Positions 57,915 to 64,000 of a DNA stretch of 64,000 bases are shown piece by piece. The number at the start of each line of letters is the position of its first letter. Position 1 is the first letter of the stretch. A program made the position numbers and the translations under genes. The DNA is from an uncultured Bacilli bacterium (GTDB lineage: Bacteria > Bacillota_I > Bacilli_A > RF39 > UBA660): positions 25,120 to 89,119 of the forward strand of contig CALVIC010000001.1 in the NCBI GenBank assembly GCA_944329365.1, in the 5' to 3' direction. The notes beneath the pieces were generated by a model that searched no databases, was not told where the DNA came from, and worked only from the letters and a program-made list of their open reading frames with translations.

Positions 57915-60270
57915 AAAGTTTTTAAACGATTATATCGATATCAATGGAATTAGTACGCAAAATCTTGCCGATAGATTAGTTTCTGTAGGTAACGAGTACG
58001 ATAGTGTTTCTAAGTTTGTTCCAGCAACTAATTTAGTTATCGGTCATGTTGTAGAATGCGAGATGCATCCTGATTCTAAGAAGCTTCATATTTGTAAAAT
58101 TGATTTAGGTGATGAAATTGTTCAAATTGTTTGCGGTGCGCCTAATATGAGAAAAGGTCTTAAGGTAATCGTTGCGAGAGTAGGGGCTAATCTACCTGGT
58201 GGGGTTATTAAAAAGGCAAAACTTGCAGGATATGAATCAAATGGAATGGTTTGTGCTTTTTCAGAACTTGGTATTCCTCACAAATTTTTAAGAAAGGAAG
58301 ATATCGAAGGTATTTATGAGCTTCCAGAGGATGCACCAGTTGGAGAAGATCCACTTAAGTATTTAGGTTTGGATGACGAGGTTATCGATTTTGATTTTAC
58401 TTCTAACAGGGCAGATATGCTTAGTATGATTGGCATTGCTTATGAAACGGGGGCTGCTTATGAGAAAGATATAAAGCTTCCTGAAAATGAGTGTGAAGAG
58501 ATTGCTGAAGATGTAAACGATATTTATAAGATAGATGTTAAAACTGATAAATGCATGGCCTATTTAGGTAAAATGGTTCGTGGTGTCAAGGTTGGTGAGA
58601 GTCCAGAATTTATTCGCAATAGGTTAATGGCTTCTGATATTAGACCAATCAACAATGTCGTAGATATTAGTAATTATGTTATGCTTGAATATGGCACACC
58701 ACTTCATTTCTTCGATGCTGATAAACTTGGTAATAAGGTTATTGTTAGAAATGCAAGAGACGATGAAGAAATTGTTACTTTAGATGGAATTTCACGAAAA
58801 TTAGATGAAAGTGATATAGTGATTGCTAATGATAAGGAAGCGGTTGCTTTAGCTGGAGTAATGGGTGGCCTTGATACTGAGGTTACAAATGAGACAAAAA
58901 ATATATTTATCGAATGTGCGATTTTTGATAAGACAAGCGTAAGAGTTACTTCAAAGAAGATTTTAAGAAGTGAATCATCTAATAGGTTTGAAAAAGGTAT
59001 TGATCCAAATAGAATTTTGCCGGCTATTAAAAGAGCTGCTTATCTACTTAATAAATATGCTTCAGGCTCAGTTTTAAAGGGAGTTACAGGAGTAGATAAG
59101 ACTAGTAAAGATGATAAGGTTGTTAAGGTTACTTTAGATAAGATTAATAAGGTTTTAGGAATGAATTTAACTAAAGAAGATGTTATAGATTCTTTAGAGA
59201 GACTTAAATTTAAAGTAAGTTTTAAGGATGGAGAATTTACGGTTTTAGTTCCAACGAGAAGACTCGATGTTAATATAAGAGAAGATATTATCGAAGAGGT
59301 TGGAAGAATTTATGGTTATGACAAGATTAAAGGAGTTTTGCCTGAAGTTTCAATTAGATGTGGTGGCAGAAGTAAGCTTGAAGAGATGAACCGGACTTTG
59401 GGAGATAAGCTTATTGGTTTAGGATTAAATCAAGTTTTAACTTATTCACTTTTATCTGATAGACAAAGTTCTTTATTTAATGATGATAAAAACAAGGTTT
59501 ATTTACTTAATCCAATGAGTGAAGATAGAAAGGTTTTAAGGACAACTTTACTTGCTTCTTTACTTGAAGTATTTGAATATAATTATGCTCATAATGCGGA
59601 AAGTGTAAATATTTTCGAAACGGCTTCTGTTTACTTTACTGATGATAATTATAGTGAGAAGCCAAGAATTGCTGGTTTAATGTATGGTGATTATATGGTT
59701 AATGCTTGGGAAGGTGTTAAGGTTTGGGTTAATTTCTATACGTTAAAAGGTGTTTTAACGAGTGTGTTTGATTATTTAGGTTTAGGTAGTAGACTTAAGT
59801 TCGAAGCGGCAGAAAGGAAAGATATGCATCCTTATAGATGTGCGAATATTTTAATTGGCCGTGAGGTTATTGGATATATGGGCCAGGTTCATCCAAATGT
59901 TTGCGATAAAGAGGTTTATGTATTTGAACTTGACACTGATAAGATTATGAATCAAAAGGTTAAGAATATTAAGTATAAAGAATATTCTAAGTATCCTAGT
60001 GTGAGTAAAGATTTAGCTTTCTTAGTGCCGAAAGATATGAAGTCTGAAGATATTTTAGAGGTTATTAAGAGATCTGCAGGAAGACTTTTAAGTGATGCTT
60101 TTGTATTCGATGTTTATGAGGGTGATGGAGTTTCAGATGGAATGAAGTCAATTGCTTATAATTTAACGTTTACAAGTTTTGATAGAACACTTAGTGATGA
60201 AGAAGTTAATAAGATTACAGAAAATGTAGTTAAGAATGTTCATGATAAACTTGGAGTTAATTTAAGATAA
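57901..60270 (+). CDS. pheT: phenylalanine--tRNA ligase beta subunit
   Basis: tRNA-binding N-terminus ([14 protein letters not shown]…), B3/4, B5 and FDX-ACB domains. Overlaps the pheS stop. Confidence 0.95.
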
Positions 60271-60322
60271 AGGGTTTAAAAAGTAAACTCTTTTTTTGAA
60301 TTCTAATGTGTTATTTTTGATA

Positions 60323-60354
60323 TGAAAAAAACCTAAACTTCGACGTTTAGGTTT
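60323..60354 (-). terminator. hairpin AAACCTAAAC/GTTTAGGTTT flanked by an A-run and a T-run. Terminator for tRNA-Cys on the minus strand and possibly pheT on the plus strand.
   Basis: Perfect 10-bp stem with a 6-nt loop. Confidence 0.55.
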
Positions 60355-60366
60355 AATTTACAAAAT

Positions 60367-60441
60367 TGGAGGGCCTAGTCGGATTTGAACCAACGCATCA
60401 GGGAGTTGCAGTCCCACGCCTTACCACTTGGCTATAGACCC
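60367..60441 (-). tRNA. tRNA-Cys (anticodon GCA), CCA end encoded
   Basis: Reverse-complement GGGTCTATAGCCAAGTGGTAAGGCGTGGGACTGCAACTCCCTGATGCGTTGGTTCAAATCCGACTAGGCCCTCCA. Acceptor stem pairs GGGTCTA with TAGGCCC. Anticodon loop CUGCAAC. T-arm GGTTCAAATCC. Confidence 0.9.
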
Positions 60442-60577
60442 ATCTGACAACATATTCATTTTATTATATTTTATTCGTTATGTCAACTATTTATAATATA
60501 TTTTTATTTTGTAATAAGATTGAAATTATTTATTATTTTGTTTATAATATGGGTAAATTTAAAAGGAGGAGTTTATT

Positions 60578-61240
60578 ATGTATGATAGTATATTTGTATT
60601 AATTCCAACTTTTGAACCGTCGCTTAAATTATATAAGGTGTTGGACAATTTAAAAGATGCGGGATTTAAAAATATCATAATTGTCGATGATGGAAGTTAT
60701 GATAAAGCAATTTTTAAGAGGATAAAAGATTATAAAATACTTCGGCACGATAAGAATTTAGGTAAAGGTGAGGCATTAAAAACAGGTTTTAAATATATTT
60801 TTTCTTTAAATTGTGATGGAGTTATTACTGTAGATGATGATTTGCAACAAGATATTTCGGATATAAAAGCGGTAGCTGATAAATTTTTAGAAAGTAGAAA
60901 TGTGGTTTTAGGGGTTAGAACTTTTGATAAAACAGTACCTTTTAAAAGAAGATTTGCAAATAAGAGTGCGGCGTTTATTTTTAATATGAAATATAAAACT
61001 AAAATCAGTGATACGCAAACAGGTCTTAGATGTTTTCCTAAAAAAATTTTAAATGATCTTTGTGAGGTTTCTGGTAGTGGTTTTGAATATGAAATAAATG
61101 TGCTTAAATATTTAGCGGTTAATAATATTCAGGTTGATTTTGTTCCGATTAAAACTATTTACAATGATGAAGTTTCAAGATATAAAGATTTAAAAGATTC
61201 TTATAAAATTATAAAGGCAATTTTTAAGGAGAAAGAGTAA
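60578..61240 (+). CDS. family-2 glycosyltransferase, polyprenyl-phosphate sugar synthase-like (GtrB/CsbB/DPM1-like)
   Basis: VLIPTFEP…IIVDDGSYD, DxD motif VDDDLQQD. Size 220 aa. Confidence 0.7.
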   Translation: MYDSIFVLIPTFEPSLKLYKVLDNLKDAGFKNIIIVDDGSYDKAIFKRIKDYKILRHDKNLGKGEALKTGFKYIFSLNCDGVITVDDDLQQDISDIKAVADKFLESRNVVLGVRTFDKTVPFKRRFANKSAAFIFNMKYKTKISDTQTGLRCFPKKILNDLCEVSGSGFEYEINVLKYLAVNNIQVDFVPIKTIYNDEVSRYKDLKDSYKIIKAIFKEKE

Positions 61241-62929
61241 ATGTATTTAGTTTTATTGTTTATTATTTTAATTGGAGCGATTGCGTTATCTTCTTTATTT
61301 AATAAGAATATAGGTTTTGGTATTTTACTAGATTTGTTTTTAATAATGTTTTTGATGTATGTTTTAGGAATTTTTTTACCTTTAAATATAGCTTTTTATA
61401 TAGTTATTATAATTTCGATAATAGGTTTTATATATGCTTTTTATAAAAAGAAGATAGATAAGGATAAACTTTTTAGTTTTCCTTTATATGTGTTTATAGT
61501 TTTATTTATTATACTAAGTTTGATAAATGTAGGTAAAGGTTTTCATAATGTTGATGAGTATACACATTGGGGTGACATTGTATATGCGATGTTTTATGGA
61601 AACAAGCTATCTGCATTCAATACGCTAGATGGGTGGTATAGCTCATATCCTCCGGCAATTAGTTTATTTCAGTATTTCTTTGTAGAAATGTTAGGTTATA
61701 GTGAAGGAGTTTTATATTTTGCCTATCAGCTATTTGGGCTTTCGTTGATTTTACCTTTTTTGGATAAATTAAAAGGTAAAGTAGGACAATTTATTTTAAT
61801 TTTATTAATTTGCTTATTTTTCCCATTAACTTTATTTGATGATTTTTATAATAGTATTTATGTCGATGCAATGCTTGGCTTGGTGTTTGGTTTTATTATT
61901 GCTTATGCGACATTATACAAAAATTTGAATAAAGCAGATTTATTAATTATAAGTCTTGGTTTATTTATTTTAACCTTGCTTAAAGATGCAGGTTTATTTT
62001 TGAGTTTAATGGCATTTGTATATTTGTGCTTGATTATGAATAAGAATAATAAGCGTAAATATTTTATGAGTGTATTTATGTTCTTACTGTGTATTTTGAT
62101 TGCTAAAGTATCTTGGACAAGTATTTTATATTTTAGTAAAACACCGATAAGACATATGAGTACGTTTTCTTTTTCTTCGTTTTATGATGTTTTAACTGGT
62201 AATAGTGAAGCTAATATGCTTAATATAAAAAATGATTTTTTTCATAATTTTTTTACGATAAATATTTTGAGTGAACCGGTGAAACTTACTTATATTGCTT
62301 TACTTATGGTATTTGTTTTAGTAATTTTCTTTATCTATAGGAAAGAAAATAAAAATAAATGGGCTTTAGGATTTTTATTAATAGGGGCTTTTATTTATAT
62401 GTTTGGTTTACTTATATGCTTTTTATATAATTTTAGCAGTAGTGATGACCCTGGACTCTCTTCTTATAGTAGGTATTCAATTATTTATTTAAATGGTATT
62501 TTGATGTTTATAATTATAAGTTTGATTTATAAATATCACAGTAAAGAGAATTTATTTATTATATTGATTGTAATTGTATTTTTCAATTCTACATCAATAA
62601 ATATTTTTGAAGGAAATTATTCTAGTTCTGAAAATAATTATTATAGGAAGGTAATAAGTAACGTTGATAAAGGTTCAAAGGTTGTCGTGTATTCGCGTTA
62701 TTATCAAAGAGACCGATATGCAAAATACCATTATTTAACAAGACCAATTAAATTATCTGAAGACTGTAAAAAATCATGTATTACATCTGATGAAAATATT
62801 ATAAAGAATAAGGATTACGATTATTTATATGTGGATGATGGTAACTTCATTAAAGTTGATGGTATTAAATTTGAGAATAAGAAGTTTTATAAAGTTAAAA
62901 AAGGAAAACTGATGATATTAAAAAAATAG
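61241..62929 (+). CDS. polytopic membrane protein, putative GT-C-fold glycosyltransferase partner of the GT2
   Basis: Starts 1 bp after the GT2 stop. At least 11 predicted TM helices with a C-terminal soluble part. Confidence 0.5.
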   Translation: MYLVLLFIILIGAIALSSLFNKNIGFGILLDLFLIMFLMYVLGIFLPLNIAFYIVIIISIIGFIYAFYKKKIDKDKLFSFPLYVFIVLFIILSLINVGKGFHNVDEYTHWGDIVYAMFYGNKLSAFNTLDGWYSSYPPAISLFQYFFVEMLGYSEGVLYFAYQLFGLSLILPFLDKLKGKVGQFILILLICLFFPLTLFDDFYNSIYVDAMLGLVFGFIIAYATLYKNLNKADLLIISLGLFILTLLKDAGLFLSLMAFVYLCLIMNKNNKRKYFMSVFMFLLCILIAKVSWTSILYFSKTPIRHMSTFSFSSFYDVLTGNSEANMLNIKNDFFHNFFTINILSEPVKLTYIALLMVFVLVIFFIYRKENKNKWALGFLLIGAFIYMFGLLICFLYNFSSSDDPGLSSYSRYSIIYLNGILMFIIISLIYKYHSKENLFIILIVIVFFNSTSINIFEGNYSSSENNYYRKVISNVDKGSKVVVYSRYYQRDRYAKYHYLTRPIKLSEDCKKSCITSDENIIKNKDYDYLYVDDGNFIKVDGIKFENKKFYKVKKGKLMILKK

Positions 62930-63016
62930 AAATAATAGGAAATGACAAGTAATGTTAAGAAAGCGATTTAGTGAAAATATTACTTTTTTGATATTATAGA
63001 ATTAGTAAAGGTAGTT

Positions 63017-64000
63017 GTGTGTAAAATGAAGAAAGGTCTTGCAGTTTTAATAACAATGATTTTAAGTTTTAGTTTTTTGTTACCTGTGAATGCGGCTGAA
63101 AAGGCAGCCGGTCAATTAAAAAAGGAAGCAGTAACTAGTGGTGATGGACTATATGCTGATCCAGCTGTACAAGGAAGATATGTATTTAAAGGAGTAAACC
63201 CCAATAATTATATAACTATTGGTGATGACGTATACAGGATTATTTCTGTTGAGAGTGACGGCTCTTTAAAAGTTATGAGTACGGTTTCTATTGGAGCTTA
63301 GTGCATTTGATTCATTGGGTGCTAGAGACTCACAAAACAGTAATGATTATTGTTATGGAACACCGATTGATGGATGCAATGTATGGGGAAGTAAGACAAC
63401 GATGCTTGATGTCAGTGGAAATCATGTGACTCAAATGTTACAAGAAGTAAATGGTCCAAAATATGATTTGCCAGATGAAGAAGCATCACTTAATACTTAT
63501 TTAAATGGTGAATGGTATGAAAGTTTAGATGATAATGTTAAAAGTTTAATTGTAGTTCATGATTTTAATGTCGGTCATGTATCAGATACTTAAACATCAC
63601 TTACGGAAAGTGTCAAGGAAGAAGCCGCATATAAATGGAATGGCAAAGGTGGATTAATTAGTGTTACAGATTATGTGAAGGCAAGTATAAATAGTGCCTG
63701 CGATAGTGTGCCTGAATATTCAAGTTCTGCTTGCGTGAGTAACCCTAATTATTTATCATCAGATTCAAATTATTTTCTTATAACGCCTCATAATAGTCGT
63801 GGTGGAGTAGCAAGAAGTTTTGTTCAATCTAATAATCAATTAGAAGGTGGTATAAGTGGAGGTGGTGGCTTAGTTTATCCTACATTTTATATTAAACCTA
63901 ATATTACATTGTCAGGTGCAGGATTAAAATCTGATACATATGTTATTTATGAATATGTTGATTCAGAGAATGATAGCACGCCAACACCTGATACAAATAC
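63017..64000 (+). pseudogene. disrupted gene for a secreted or surface protein. It has a signal peptide, a frameshift near 63279-63301 and an in-frame TAA at 63591-63593, and it continues to the window end.
   Basis: Three consecutive coding segments: frame 2 to 63301, frame 0 from 63291 to 63593, then an open frame 0 from 63594 to the window end (…TSLTESVKEEAAYKWNGKGG…GGISGGGG…). Confidence 0.5.

Noticed and set aside
63279-63600. Alternative genetic code (stop-codon reassignment) as the explanation for the in-frame TAG/TAA in the last gene
   Set aside because: More than 60 other genes in the window, including conserved ones (pheS, pheT, rpsP, miaB, clpC-like), are full length with standard stops. 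A frameshift is also present. Pseudogene or sequence error is more parsimonious.
1-64000. CRISPR arrays, rRNA genes, insertion sequences and transposases
   Set aside because: No regularly spaced short repeats with unique spacers, no rRNA-like conserved blocks, and no transposase- or integrase-like ORFs were seen. The only repeat family found is the composite intergenic element described in the findings.

Overview
AT-rich (roughly 30% GC) chromosomal segment from a low-GC, spore-forming Firmicute read with the standard genetic code. Supporting genes: cotE, a cse60-like small gene, yqeG-yqeH, rpsP-ylqC, a T-box-controlled pheST operon, and an AsnH plus D-aspartate-ligase peptidoglycan cross-bridge pair. 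Almost all genes are on the + strand. Most of the window is housekeeping: SufS, MiaB, RNase J, DacA, ClpC-like, AsnB, MurJ-like, PheST and tRNA-Cys. Several accessory islands deserve attention. (i) At 50.77-52.16 kb there is a candidate RiPP locus: a 31-aa Cys/Gly-rich precursor ORF with its own promoter, strong RBS and an attenuator hairpin, followed by a radical-SAM/SPASM maturase. An ABC-F ATPase, a TrmH-family and an RlmA-like rRNA methyltransferase and a Nudix hydrolase follow, and the whole block is bracketed by direct copies of a novel composite intergenic repeat. (ii) At 2.76-7.70 kb there is an operon headed by an NrtR-like (Nudix-wHTH) regulator with a perfect palindromic operator in its promoter. 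It is followed by two tandem paralogous unknown proteins, a MoxR-type AAA+ ATPase with an unusual GKN Walker A, and two more unknown proteins. (iii) The repeat family itself: four copies of hairpin(s), a T-run, a conserved 24-nt hairpin and a conserved tail of about 40 nt. (iv) A 25-aa hydrophobic, type-I-toxin-like mini-ORF is sandwiched between two repeat copies. (v) An orphan pair of prepilin-type pseudopilin genes sits immediately after rpsP-ylqC. Additional observations include gene remnants (a dacA-like fragment, an N-terminally truncated DUF4143 ATPase, a frameshifted surface-protein gene at the window end), a G-tract-rich candidate sRNA in a convergent intergenic gap, and operator-like palindromes and direct-repeat arrays in promoters. 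No CRISPR arrays, rRNA genes, IS elements or transposases were recognised.
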